This document shows, piece by piece, positions 1 through 12,335 of a DNA stretch of 64,000 nt. The stretch's first letter is position 1. Each line of letters begins with the position of its first letter. Source of the stretch: Perna viridis (lineage: Eukaryota); NCBI GenBank assembly GCA_037379345.1, contig CM074523.1:4038525-4102524 (forward strand), read 5' to 3'. Position numbers and translations under genes: made by a program. The notes below the pieces were generated by a model. The model made no database searches, had not been told where the DNA came from, and worked only from the letters and a program-made list of their open reading frames with translations.

Positions 1-623
1 ATACATCCTTCTATGTTACATAGTCCCTGTATACACTTCTTTATATATTTACCCTAATTTGCATAGGTCTTATACATATGCATGTTTTTTTCTTTAAGAA
101 CACAATGAATATTCATGTGATATGGCAGACATTTACATATTTTCATGGCACATGATGCTAATGTGAATTTTTCTTTGGTATTTTTTTGGCATATACGTTC
201 CGTACATTTTTATATGAAAAAAATGTGTTAATCTCTTGAGAATATTTACACGAACTTGTGCAGAGATTGACGTAATGATGTTTTTTGACAGATACAAAAA
301 AAGATCCCATTTAAAAACAGTACTATTCAAAGTACTTTCAATTATAAAAAATTAATTCTACAATTTTTGTAGTACTTTGTAATAAAAAAGTAGCACTTAA
401 CACAAAACTTTCAAACATTTGTGTCTACCTTTGTGTTTGGTTGAAATCCCGAAGACATGATTAAAATATTTAAAAAAAAATTTAGAAAAGTATTATGATT
501 CAAACTCTAAAATGTAACCACATACATAATTTTAAATGCTTCTTGCCAAAAATAATATAATTTTCTCTCTACTGACAACTGTTACACACCAAAACAAAGA
601 AAGACTTTCAAATTTTAACAATA

Positions 624-1393
624 CTACAGTTTATCCACAATTTTGCTATTCATTTTCAGTACAGAAGCGTGGTCATTTGATGAGGGATGAAAATATTTCA
701 GACTTCCAGCTTTACCGTTTTCCTGAATGTTTTTGGCACTTAATTGTTTAGTTGTCTTATGCTCAACACTTGAACTCCTTGCAAACTTTGGAATCTTAGA
801 TTTTTCCTTGTCTTTCGGAGTCTCTTTGTCTTTACCCTTCACTTTCTTAGGAAGCTTACTGTCTTTATCTTTAACAGTGTCTGAAGATTTTGAAAGTTTG
901 CTTCTCGAAAAGTTGAAAAATTTCTTCTCTGGTTTCGAAATTTTACTCTTGGTATTGTCAGTCCCTTTTACATCCTGAGGTTTTTGGGTACTTTGAGAAT
1001 TTCCCTGCATTTCCTGAGATTTCTGTACACTGGGAGAATTTCCTTGTACTTCCTGTTTCACTTTCACAACAGGTTTAAAGTGAATTTCTGGTCCCTTTTT
1101 CTTAGCTTCATTCAGATTTGCATTTGGCTGCATCTGTGATTGGCTAGACAATTTGTTTTGAGATCCATGAGACATAGCACTGCATGGATTAGCTGATTCA
1201 TTAAGAGAATTTTGTAAAGGTGCATTTGATTGGCCCAACATCAAACTGGTTGCCTGTTCAAGTGGATCAACAGGTACTTCATTAAGAAAATCAAATGCAG
1301 CAACAGCTTCTTGTTCTGGTTCCCCATACCGGGTAAAGAACTGAGACAGGTCTACAGCAGATCTCACTGCAGTCTGTTTTACTACAGCTTTCT
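624..1393 (-). CDS. NCKAP5: NCKAP5-like terminal coding exon (EKAVVKQ...KIVDKL*)
   Basis: Acceptor ttttattttgcAG, phase 1 matches exon 12. In frame with ORF 624-1520. Basic tail with SKLP/SKIP motifs. Confidence 0.88.
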
Positions 1394-1864
1394 CTGCAAA
1401 ATAAAATACTACATTTAAGGAAATTGAAAAAAATAGTGCCATTAAAACTGGTGGTAATACACACATAAAATGCTGTCCAGCTGTCACATGACATATATCA
1501 ACAAATTCACTGATTTCCAAACAAGATAATGGAAAAATTTCTTACTACATTGTTAAAAAGGGAAGCAGCACCTTTTCAAAGGATGTTCTCTTATTGTAGT
1601 AATTTTTGCCATTAAAGATTGTTCAAAATTCTACTAAGGTTCCTGACATGGAAATTTCCAAAGGACACATTTGGTTATGAAATAATTCTGATAGAAAAAA
1701 TATTGTCCATTGCGAATTTCTAATATTTTACTTCTTCTGGAAGAAAATAATGTCATCCATGAACTGTTGTATGAAGAAAAATTTGTTGTAACTTTAATTT
1801 TCAGGGAGCTTATCTAAAAGAAAACATATCTTTTGCAAGTAATTATAAGAAATTAAGTACTTAC

Positions 1865-1979
1865 CTGCACCACCAATGAGACGAGAACACATCACATGAT
1901 CAACCCCAATGTTATCGTCGAGACTGTCCATACTTGCACCGCTCAAATGTACCATAGCATCCAACATGGCTGCCCTTGC
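1865..1979 (-). CDS. NCKAP5: NCKAP5-like exon 12 (ARAAMLDAMVHLSGASMDSLDDNIGVDHVMCSRLIGGA)
   Basis: Not in the ORF track. Acceptor ttctgtttctAG, donor GTaagt, 115 nt, phase 0/1. Confidence 0.85.
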
Positions 1980-3077
1980 CTAGAAACAGAAAATAAACAT
2001 TCCTATATAAACAATAATGTCTTTCAGGTCTCCGTAACAACTGTCATTCAATAAATGTCCAGTGATGTCATGTTCAAATTAGGGTTGCTAGCTACTTGTA
2101 CCAATTAATAGCTAGGTTTCTAAAAGAGTAAAAATTCATACAGGAATAACTAAGTCATGAAAGTTCTAAAATATAAATGCCCATATCTACATAGTGAGAG
2201 TATTCTGACACAACCAGAAAATGCACTCATTCAGCAATTGCACAAAAATGTCTGAAGTAAGGGAAATCCACAGCCTTGGGAAAATTCATATACATGTTAG
2301 ATATGTCCCAAAATTACTTCAATCCAAAGTCAGTCTACAAGTGTTAATGAACTCTACATGTAAATTTAATGCCTTGGAGTCATCCAAGCTAGAAACAAAC
2401 ATAGCCATCTGGGGCAAGTTCAATTCTCAAACATAAAATCTCAATATTCTGAAAAAAAAATATTGTTGAAATATAAACTTATTACATATGATCAATGAAC
2501 CCCATTCAATTTTCATCTTTAACCAAAAAGATACAAATCACATATTTTGGTGCTTAATATTGCTTGGTATTGTATTTTATAATGTTAAGACTGCAAGTGA
2601 AATATGATCAAAATCACCATGATTTTAATGCATTCAAAATGTACACATTTTAAAATGTAAATTTAATAACAATCTCTTGCTCACAGCAAAACATTATAAT
2701 ACATAAGCCAATTTTGGAACAATTTTATTTCTTAAATCTGAATAAAATTTTCACCTTGTTTTAAGTACTTTAACCAGAATTTAACTTGAACAATTTATCT
2801 AGCAGTAGATAACTGAACTTTTCACATTCAATTACAACTCATTCACATCTGAATGGTAAGTTATTCTGAAGGCTATTTTTTAAAAAATGCATTTGCTAGT
2901 CATAGTACCATTTAAAATAAAAAAAAAACCCCACAATACCCTCAATATAATCTGATTTTAAGTTTTCTTTTCTCCGACATTTTTGTATTGTTTGTCATTG
3001 AATATCACCAGCATTATTAACACAAACCTGACACTGAATTAATAATTCTTATCAATGCGCTATTTTGATAAACATCT

Positions 3078-3230
3078 CCGTGGTGAATCCAAAGATTTTG
3101 AAAAGGTTGGGGTTGGATTCCTGGCTATTACATGCTAATTTTTGCCAAAATCTTGTTTTCATAAAATTAATAAAATTTTCAAACAAAAGGGGATTCCAAC
3201 CCACAGAACCTCCCTCTGGACCTGCCACTG
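3078..3230. mobile_element. Degenerate cagtggcggatcc-type MITE
   Basis: Imperfect TIRs ccgtggtgaatcca / tggacctgccactg with G/C-rich subterminal runs. Confidence 0.55.
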
Positions 3231-3432
3231 CATCCATCATTGATGACATAAAAAGTTTTTTTTTCATCTCCTTGTAATGTTCATCAATTTTAGTTATATT
3301 TGACCTATGGAGATGCAAACGCTATAATAACTAGGATGACTGTAAATCATCTATAATCACATTTTAAGAATATAAAAAATATTTTGGATTTTCATTTTTT
3401 TTTCTAACTACGCAATATTAAGTAATCCTTAC

Positions 3433-4401
3433 CTGTGGATCAAGAACTCTGTTATTCTCAGTTCTCTCTCTTGGTTCTCTGATCAATTCCTTTCTGTGAT
3501 GGCTAGGCTGTGATGGTAAATGGCCTTCGCTATGGTGTTTAGGATGACCATGACCTTCAACTCTTCTCAGACCTCTCTGTCTGCTGTAGCTGTCACATGG
3601 TACTGGCATATTTCTATCTAGATTGGCTTGAGAGCTCTGAGCAGAGGGAGGAACTCCATTTAATTCAGGGTGTCTTTGAGTTTCATCCTCTTCCTTGATA
3701 GGAGGCTGAAACTGGTGATCAGTGACATTTTCTGAGGCAAAATTTCCATAAAATTCAAATTCATCATTACATGACGTGTCATCTGCATACTCATTTATCC
3801 ATTCTGCACATGCTCCAGTGTCAGAAAATGGTGAGGCCCCCATGATAAGCTCACCTCCACAGGGGGTCAAGTAAAACTCATCATCCTCGATCCACTGGTA
3901 ACCATCACCATGGAAATCAGAGTTAGGAGACACAAACATGTGTGAATGGTCTTCATTAGATTCCTCATCAGAATCACAACTGTCCACACCATTAAATGTC
4001 TGCTGTAAGGCTGTCACAGTTTTTGAAAGACTTTGAAGCTGTTTAGAAATTTGTTCAAACTCCTCTGAGTTCTTTGCCTTTGTGCAATTTGCACATTTTG
4101 AAGGATCTTTACAACCAGTACACTTTGTCTCCTCAGTCTGAACTTGTTCAGATTCTCCCTCATTACTTCCTGAGAACAGACTTCGATTTGATCCTACCAT
4201 ACAGAGACTGTAGTAATCGCTACGGAACTTGGACGGTTGTTCTATCATTGGACTAGATTCCTTACTGGATTGTCTTCCCCTTTCATCACCTCTCTCTTCT
4301 TGAAACAAAAAATCCTCCTTGTTACCATGGAAATCAGAAGAGAGAGGGTCATCAGGGAAGTCACTCCTTTGTTTTCCACGGATAGGCTGGTTGAACTTAG
4401 A
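3433..4401 (-). CDS. NCKAP5: NCKAP5-like exon 11 (969 nt, SKFNQPIRGKQ...RVLDPQ)
   Basis: Acceptor cttttttcAG, donor GTaagg. Extends ORF 3418-4308 upstream by 31 codons in frame. Confidence 0.88.
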
Positions 4402-4796
4402 CTGAAAAAAGAGGAAGTTGAAATCATACTTTCACTTCGGTATGTCATAAAAGGCAATACAATAAGGCCAATATAAAAAAATTACTAGATTCTCATTCTG
4501 AAAAAAAAGGAAAAATAAAAAATAAATTCTTCCCCCACCCAAATTTTTCAGGAAAGTTGGATGAGAATCTAGGATTTTGTTTATTATTGCCTAATCACAG
4601 TGTTGTATTCTGTCTTTTCTAGCAGTGAATGATCAAGTATTAATGTTTCATGACCTCTTTAGGTTTTCGAGTTAAATTTTATCACAATTTATCTTATAGT
4701 TCAAAAAGATTCATACTCACAAGAGAATAAGTAGACAGACAGATTCAAATTAAACATACATCCCAGAAATGAAAGTCAAGTGCCCACATTACTAAC

Positions 4797-4904
4797 CTCA
4801 AATGATTGTTCTAGAAAGTTCTGCCTCTGTTTTTTAGCCAGTAGTTGGGCAAAGCTATAATTATGTAGGTCATCATCTGATTCACTGTCTACTGAACGGG
4901 CAAG
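4797..4904 (-). CDS. NCKAP5: NCKAP5-like exon 10 (LARSVDSESDDDLHNYSFAQLLAKKQRQNFLEQSFE)
   Basis: Poly-T tract then ctgctccAG, donor GTtagt, 108 nt, phase 0/0. Confidence 0.85.
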
Positions 4905-5361
4905 CTGGAGCAGAAAAAAAAAGGTCAGAAATTGTCTCTCAAAAAATTTTATATTGTAAACACAAAACATGAAAAATAATGAACTACTCTTATCACCAAG
5001 CAACATTGATATCATAAAACAATGGACCGATTCAGAAACTTTATTGCATTCTGGGATTATTAATGTATATGCCTGACTGGTCGAGAGGTATTAGGAGTAT
5101 GTTGTGACAACTAAACATAGTTTAATATAGCCAGAAGTTGAATTTCTGAATTGGGCCAAAAATGACAATCATTAAGGCAATGCTAATGTTCTTCATATTT
5201 TTATATAAATGCTCTAGATACAAGTAAAATTTGTTCCTTGTATTTTATAATTTAATGTGCACTTAAAGGTCAGATAACCAATTTTTGTAATGCTCATAAG
5301 TATTATACCTCAGTATAATCATTAGCTTTTTCACAGTAGTTATACTTCTATTGTCACTTAA

Positions 5362-5573
5362 GGAGGTAGACCTAAGGTAAGGGACAAAACTCTTGAAATC
5401 AAAGATATGTTTGTATCGTATTCAATTTCACCAAAGCCTTTCAAGTGTTCATTTGAAACAGAATGAAATCAATCTACGTTACTTTGATGCTTACATGTGA
5501 TTGATGTCAAATGCTGAATACAAACATGATAATGACTTGTAAGAGTTGTGTCCCTTACCCTAGGTCTACCTCA
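5362..5573. mobile_element. MITE with ~33-bp TIRs and TTAA TSD (Kolobok-like)
   Basis: ttaa|ggaggtagacctaaggtaagggacaaaactctt ... aagagttgtgtcccttaccctaggtctacctca|ttaa (3 mismatches). A purine-purine terminus with TTAA fits Kolobok better than piggyBac. Confidence 0.8.
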
Positions 5574-5640
5574 TTAAAAAAATTCAAAATAATTTCATTC
5601 CATTGCTTTAGTAATGGTTTCATGATCCAGAAAAAAGTAT

Positions 5641-6514
5641 AAACAAGAGGCTCCCAGGTGCCTGAATTGCTCACCTGGTTGAATTTTGCCTTTCAAGGGC
5701 AATAAATTAAACAAGTTGTCCAACAATTTTGACTCAAGAAAACTTTGATAGGACTTATCATAAGGATCATTTCAGTCAATCAAAGTCTAAATCTATCATA
5801 GTTTTCAAGACATTGGCTGAAAACTGTAAAAAAAAACAACCTGTCATTTTCCCCTGTCAAGGGCAATAACTCTTAAGCCTGAAGACTTTTGTAGCCCTAA
5901 AAATAAGGATCATTTCAGCAGTTGAAAGAATTTGGCTAAACCTAACCGTTTTGGAGATATATGCGAAAAACTACTGTCTGACCCCTATGTTCTATTTTTA
6001 GTAACGGTGGCCATGTTTTTTGACGGATCAAAAATCCGACATCCATTCTATGCAGGATACCCCAAGGAACATTCATACCAAGTTTGGTTCCAATTGGTCA
6101 AGTAGTGTCAGAGAAGATATTTGAAAGAAATAACATTAAAAAAAGCAAAAAAACAAAAAAAGGGCAATAACTACAACGTGGCTGCACAAATTAAAATGAA
6201 AATTTGACTTCAAATAGATCTCATCATGCTAAACACTTTTACTCGGTCAGGATTGGGCTTAACCTAACCATTTTGGAGATTTATGCGAAAAACTATTGTC
6301 TGACCCCTATGTTCTATTCTTAGTAACGGTGGCCATGTTTTTTGATGGATCAAAAATCCCCATAACAGTTCTATGCAGATACCCCAAGGAACATTCATAC
6401 CAAGTTTGGTTCCAATTGGTCAAATAGTTTCAGAGGAGAAGAGTTGTTAACGACAACGATGGACAACAATGGATGGCAATAGCTCACATGGCCTTTAGCA
6501 AGGTGAGCTAAAAA
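5641..6514 (+). mobile_element. Non-autonomous Helentron-type (HINE/pearl-like) element with internal satellite-like repeats
   Basis: Starts aaacaagagg...gctcacctg. Internal ~190-bp blocks repeat at ~5935 and ~6256. Degenerate GAC-rich microsatellite, then terminal agctcac...gtgagct palindrome and A-run. Confidence 0.8.
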
Positions 6515-6581
6515 GGGGGAAAAAGGTAATTTCTGACTCCTTAAAATTCCATTTAGACTTTTTTTTTATTATTGAATTTAA

Positions 6582-6843
6582 TACAATGAAACCTGGTTAA
6601 ACTGAACCCTAAATAAACCAATAACCTTTTGAAATCCTGTCATATCAGTTTCGAAGTATATTGAACCTGAGTAAACTAAATGATTTCTACAGCCCAAAGG
6701 TAAGTTTGCTTTAGACAGGTTTACTGAGTAAACCAAATGATTTCCACAGCCCAAAGGCAGGTTTGCTTTACACAGGTTTACTGAATAAACCAAACGATTT
6801 CTACAGCCCAAAGGCAGGTTTGCTCTAGACAGGTTTAACTGTT
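6582..6843. mobile_element. Non-autonomous DNA element (tacagtgaaacctg-type ends) with internal 57-bp tandem repeat (~3 copies)
   Basis: Imperfect termini tacaatgaaacctg / caggtttaactgt. Unit cagcccaaaggcaggtttgctttacacaggtttactgagtaaaccaaatgatttcta. Confidence 0.65.
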
Positions 6844-6903
6844 TTACAAATAACATATTTGTGGCTTTTCTGACCTAGAACATTATTTCGGTGTTTGACA
6901 TAC

Positions 6904-9858
6904 CTGCTTCAGAATATGTTCCTTAACTATATCCTGGACTCGATCATTGACAGAAATCTCATTAATCAGTGAATGATGACAGCTACGTCTCAGTGTAGGG
7001 GCCAGTCTCATGTTTGTTATCATCTCAGTTCTTGTATTCAGTGCAGAAAGGGATACTGATCTTTCTAGAGGGCGCCCAGATCGATGTTTGGTTATGTCTT
7101 CAAAAGAATCTCGCCTCATGATTTTGTCCAAGTCAGAATCTGATAAAAAGCGGCAAAGTCCAGATGTTGAAGACCAATAAAATTTCTTAACAGTAGTTTC
7201 AAATTTCTGCAGTTTTGTAATATGTGCTAATTTAGCAGCTTGTGGTCGCATTGGAAAATCAAGTAATTTCTCATTGGAAGCTCCAGACATTTCACCATAA
7301 TCCTCTCTCTCTTCTGGAATATCAGACAGAAAATTCTCCTCACTAAGGTTCAACATGTGATAAATAGAGTTTCTATCTGCAGTCATGTGGCTTCTTGATG
7401 CTGTATGGTCAGTTATGTGATTTCTTGAAGAAGTGACATGATCACTCGAAAGTGTCACATGATCTAGGCTTGAGACAAAATGGCCTTGTTCATCCCTTTG
7501 GGTTATATTACTATGGTGACTTTCATACATAAACTGGTCACATGTAACAGCTTGAGCTTGTTCTCTACATTTATCAACTTGTTCAGAGTTAAGTCCCCTA
7601 CCATATTTCTCTTCTTCTTGTACAGAGACATTCAACATGACATCCTCCCCCAGGGACCGACGGTTCACATTATGAGATGGACTTTCCTTATGTCCAAGTT
7701 TACTATCAACTGAGTAAGATTTTCGCAAAGGAAAAGGTTTTAGATGGTCGTTAGCCTGTTCACATTGAGCCTCAAACATTTGTCTCATTGCCTTGACCCT
7801 CCCTAGAGAACCATTTCCTATGCTTCTATCATGAACTTGAGGAACAGTCCTTTTTGGTGAAGTATTTGGCTGTGAATGTGCCACTGATCCTGTATCAATC
7901 ACAGAGTTATTACAAGGAATGAACTTTTGACTAGTCTCCTGAGCAACTGTTATATCATTCCTGATTTGTAAGTCACATCTTAATATTGTATCCCTCTTCA
8001 ATGAAGAATCACTAAATTTTTCCATCATTTCTGGCTGAATATCACTAGACATTGTAGAATATCCATCATCTTTACTCCCTGACCTTTCAACCTTTTCATT
8101 TTTCACACTCTCGAAGCTTGAGTCAGACGACATGTACTTATGAGTCTGGGTTACATTTGCATCACTGGGTACTATCACAGTTGGAATAGGTACAGAAGAC
8201 ACTGAGTCAGTACTCTCAAAAACACCAGTTTTAAACTCATGTGGTCTTAGTACTCCAAGGTCATGACCCTGAGTTTTGATACGTAACCCTGGAGACTGAA
8301 CCCCCATGATGATACCAGGGGAACGTCTTCCAGCCACTGGGGGCTTTTTTGGAACTGGTGGAGGAGGCTTCCTGTTTGGCTGAGTTCCATGATGAGAATT
8401 TTCATTATTTTTCACTACAATTACCTCCCTATAAATATTTTGCTCATTTGGAGGCATGAAACTTTTCTCTCCACCAGTTGGAGTTGATTCTTGTGATGAT
8501 TTCATCTGAACCTTTTCTGACTGAGAACCAGACATACTGTTTGTCTCACTACTTCCTGACTGGTTCCTTGTCTTGTATTTCAGCTGGTACTGTCGAGATA
8601 AGTGGGGCATATAGTTTTCATCACTGTCAGTACTGCTCAAACTTGATGAACTGTATGCATGTTGCATATTACTCTTGTCCTTTGAACATATTACTAAAGA
8701 AGAAGGCCTATTTACTTTTGATTTGAGAGAGTGTGGTAGAGAGCCTCTCCTACGATGAGGACGAGGACTTTTTATTTTGTTTTTCTGTTCACTATGTTCA
8801 GTGTCTTTCACAATGTCAGGTTTTCCTCTGAGACTTGAGAACATTGATTTATCTTTCTTCTTTTTACACTTATCTTTCTTTTTGTCATCCTTATGAAATT
8901 GCGGAGTTTCAAAAAATGCGAATTTTTCAGTGGTGAAATTAGCATCAAGAAGCGTATCAGTGTCATAATCATCATCCAGAATCTCATTCACGGAAGCTGT
9001 GGAGCCGTTACTGACTCCAGACACCGGACGATTAATATCACTATCTTCATCACTATAATCATAAAAGTACTGGCCATTAGGAATGGAAGGAACTCTACTT
9101 GTACCAGTATTGATTGGAGTAACCTCCCTTTGCTTATGTTCCATCTCAGTCTGGATACGAGTTTGATTCTGTTTCGATGATAGAGCTCCCTGAGTTTTTG
9201 TAGAGGTCACTGTTTTAGGCACTCGTGAGTTTAATGATACAACACCTGAGTTTCTCTTTCCTGAGTCGATTTCAGTCTTTTTCTGTGGAAGTTTACTCTG
9301 TGAAGGTTGAGGTAGAGATGACTGAGATTTACTTGTCTTTTTCATTGGAATATTTGAAGAACTTGATGATTTTTGTAACTTAGGATTAATCTTGCTTGTA
9401 GATTTACTTAATTCTGATCTGACTGGCTTAGAACCAGGTTTGGTCTGGCTGACATGTAACATACTTTTGTTAATATGTTCAGGTTGTGACAAACTCCTCT
9501 TTTTAGTGCTCGATTCAGATTGGTTATGAACAACATTGTCTATCTGACCTTGAGCAACATTGGACGAACTTGAACTCTGAGATATTACACCAGGTTGTAC
9601 AAGTCTACTTTTTGACATTGCAGCATTCGTTGAATTTGATCTAAAAGTTCGTAATTTACTCGCTGTATTTAATGAAGACGTAGAATTGCTTCGTTGTTTT
9701 GTCCTTTCAATAGAACGCTCTGATATGCTCACATGTTTCATTTTTGGACTAGAATTAGTAGCAGGGAATTCTGTTTCTATTTTTGTCCTACATTGTACAT
9801 TGTCACAGTTTGCTCCACATTTAGAATTACACTTGCTGCTTTTGGGGTCCTCAAAGGC
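6904..9858 (-). CDS. NCKAP5: NCKAP5-like giant exon 9 (2955 nt, 985 aa, Ser/Lys-rich disordered region)
   Basis: Acceptor cctttgtAG, donor GTatgt. Extends ORF 6883-9741 upstream in frame (AFEDPKSSK...). Contains SxIP-like motifs, PPPVPKKP and SKDDGYSTMSSD. Confidence 0.9.
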
Positions 9859-11053
9859 CTACAAAGGATGATAAACAGGTAAAATACAAGTAAAAACCAT
9901 TTGACTGTAACTTCAGAAATCTTATTTATTAGCAACGTTTTCATTTTTTCTTTGTTCCTTCTGCTTGATATTTTCAATATTAGGCAACTGCCATGATACT
10001 AAAAATATATGCAATTTCAAATTACAATGTTATGTCAAATTGTCACAGATAAACAGAATTACATTATTTATAAAAATCTTGATAGGACTAACATCTTGCT
10101 ACATTTGGCTAACTGTGATACTTTTTGTCAAAACTTAAAAAGTGCCATTATTATGTGTAAATTTTTAAGGAATAATTTCTTGTTTCACTAAATTAATTTT
10201 TTACCACAAGACTTGCGATAAGAAATAGGTGTTTATTTAGAAACTACTTTGATTTACTGATACATGTATATAGCATGTATAACGATGCTGGTGTTGAAAC
10301 CAATTTCTTTTTTCAGTATTTTTTTTAATATATTATTATAAATGATATAATTCTTAAATATTTTTTTCGAAGAACACAATATAAGTAATGGTTAATCATG
10401 AACTTAAACTGTATATTTTTTTCACAGAAACCCCCTAAAAAAAGACAGCACAAAAACTGCATGGCTTTCGGTAATATGTAACGGTTTAATGACAAATAAT
10501 TTAATTCGTTTTGTAACAAGCCTTCTGATTGGTTGGTTCCTATTGTGCAACATGGTTTATTTTGTATAAAACAACTTTGTACTGTAACTTAATTAATGTC
10601 AATTGGTCCTTAGTCCATAATGCAAATAATCATCAACTAAATACATTTTTGTTATTGAAGGATCAAATCTTAATTTGGACTGGAATCAATTAGAAATTTA
10701 TTCATATTTTTGCCTTTAATTTTTTACCAAGTCATGCGTACAAACCAATTTTCAGCTAATTTAGGCTTGTCCATCAAAAAGAAAAAAACAAGCCTTAAGA
10801 ATATTTTTAAAATTTGAATTTTTTACCATAAGACTTGCTATTACAAATATAACAGTGAAATATCCAATGTACACATAATATTAAAAGTATATTTAATATT
10901 CTACTATTACGTGCTACCACAGCCATGGTAAAAAAGTGATAAACGCATGACCAAAATTTCACCCAACTCACACGCTGGGTCAATTAAAAAATATGAAGAA
11001 ACTAGTCCTATTAGAATTGAAATAAATCACAGAAACTTCATTAAGTCATTTCC

Positions 11054-11159
11054 TCATTGTTTTACCATGGGCTGGTCATTTATGTCATTAATTAACCCCT
11101 CACTATCACTTGGGGTGAAATAATGTGACATAAATGGCTAGCTTGTGGTAAAACAATGA
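11054..11159. repeat. Intronic inverted repeat, 34-bp arms
   Basis: tcattgttttaccatgggctggtcatttatgtca / tgacataaatggctagcttgtggtaaaacaatga with 5 mismatches. Confidence 0.85.
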
Positions 11160-11228
11160 CAAAAGGATTTATTGATTTATTTCTTTAAGTATTTAGTAAC
11201 ATCACAGTAGTATTGAAGTAAAACATAC

Positions 11229-11483
11229 GTTATCACTGTGCAGAGAGTCATTGCTCGTAGACAGGTGACCACTAACACCAACAGAAAGTTGAGAAGAATC
11301 TGTGCTGGCAGATGGATGGTAACCCATAGCAACAGGATGTGGAGAGGTATTGGTAGAAGCAGTAAGTTGGTAACCATTAGCAACAGGGTGCAGAGGAGAG
11401 GTGTTAACAGTGCTATGGTGATTAAGTGGTAAATCAGGTTGGGTTACGTCTATGTTACAATGCGCCACCGTGGCAGAGATGTG
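11229..11483 (-). CDS. NCKAP5: NCKAP5-like exon 8, low-complexity His/Ser/Pro-rich, possibly cassette
   Basis: Acceptor cccgtcttccAG, donor GTatgt, 255 nt, phase 0/0. Lies inside ORF 11202-11549. Confidence 0.7.
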
Positions 11484-11884
11484 CTGGAAGACGGGAACAA
11501 ATGATGGATACATGAATAGAAGGATGGAAATGGGTAAAAATGAGAACAAATAATGGAAGGATTAGAAATATCTTGTAATTTGAGTTGAATATGAAAAATA
11601 TAAACAGAAAATCAAGAAAATTAGATGGATATTATTTATAGTTTTGGCTATTAATGAAAACACTACAGTAAAAATAAATACACCCAGTCTCTATATTTGT
11701 CTGATATTTTTTTTCTCATAAATTTGGTCATTGCTATTTAATAAATAATTATTCAACAAAATATCAAACCATGTCATTTTTTTTATTGTGTTGTTCATAG
11801 GAATTGGCAGTTGAAGTCAGTGAAAAGTTTATGCGGAAGGGAAATACAAGTTCAGAAAATTGTACAGGGGGTGGTATAACATAC

Positions 11885-11992
11885 CATAGCCTCTATAGAT
11901 ACAGATGATGCTGGAAGACTACATACACTGTTGTAATAACCTGAGCTCTCACATAATGTACTTGTAGACACTGTCTGACTGGCTGGAAGAGT
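11885..11992 (-). CDS. NCKAP5: Putative (possibly cassette) exon 7 (TLPASQTVSTSTLCESSGYYNSVCSLPASSVSIEAM)
   Basis: Acceptor tttattgcAG, donor GTatgt, 108 nt, open in phase 0, more GC-rich than its flanks. No homology support recalled. Confidence 0.55.
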
Positions 11993-12335
11993 CTGCAATA
12001 AATATTTTGAATAATATCATAACTGTAATTCACAGCATTGAATAAAGTAAAGAGAGGATAAGTAGAAACGAAAGAGCTTCATGATCTTAAAAAGACTGAG
12101 AAAACTTGTACAGCACCATAGAAATCCTTTTTTCATCAGTGCAGATCAAAATAACTACAGTTTAGATTTCAAAAAGAATGATCTAAAGGTTAAGGTCATC
12201 CCTTAGACATACAGTTTGTTCGTATTCATAGGATTGAAATCTATTCTGTTTGATAAACTTTTAAAAATACAGACAACCTATTTTATGTGCTATATATTAC
12301 AAAGGAAAACCTTGAAAAGAAAACAAGTTATATAC

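Noticed and set aside
1-623. Poly(A) signal for the minus-strand gene
   Set aside because: No AATAAA was seen on the minus strand. The aataaa at ~381 is on the wrong strand, so the 3' UTR may extend past the window.
1394-1520. N-terminal part of ORF 624-1520 (apparent membrane segment)
   Set aside because: It lies upstream of a clear acceptor at 1394-1395 and is intronic read-through.
6578-6856. 92-aa ORF with 19-aa repeats, and ORFs 38652-38882 / 38654-38854
   Set aside because: Artefacts of 57- and 51-bp tandem repeats whose unit lengths are multiples of three.
7480-9871. Plus-strand ORFs overlapping the giant exon (likewise 727-978, 4074-4476, 13068-13340)
   Set aside because: Antisense shadows of real coding exons with no recognisable protein features.
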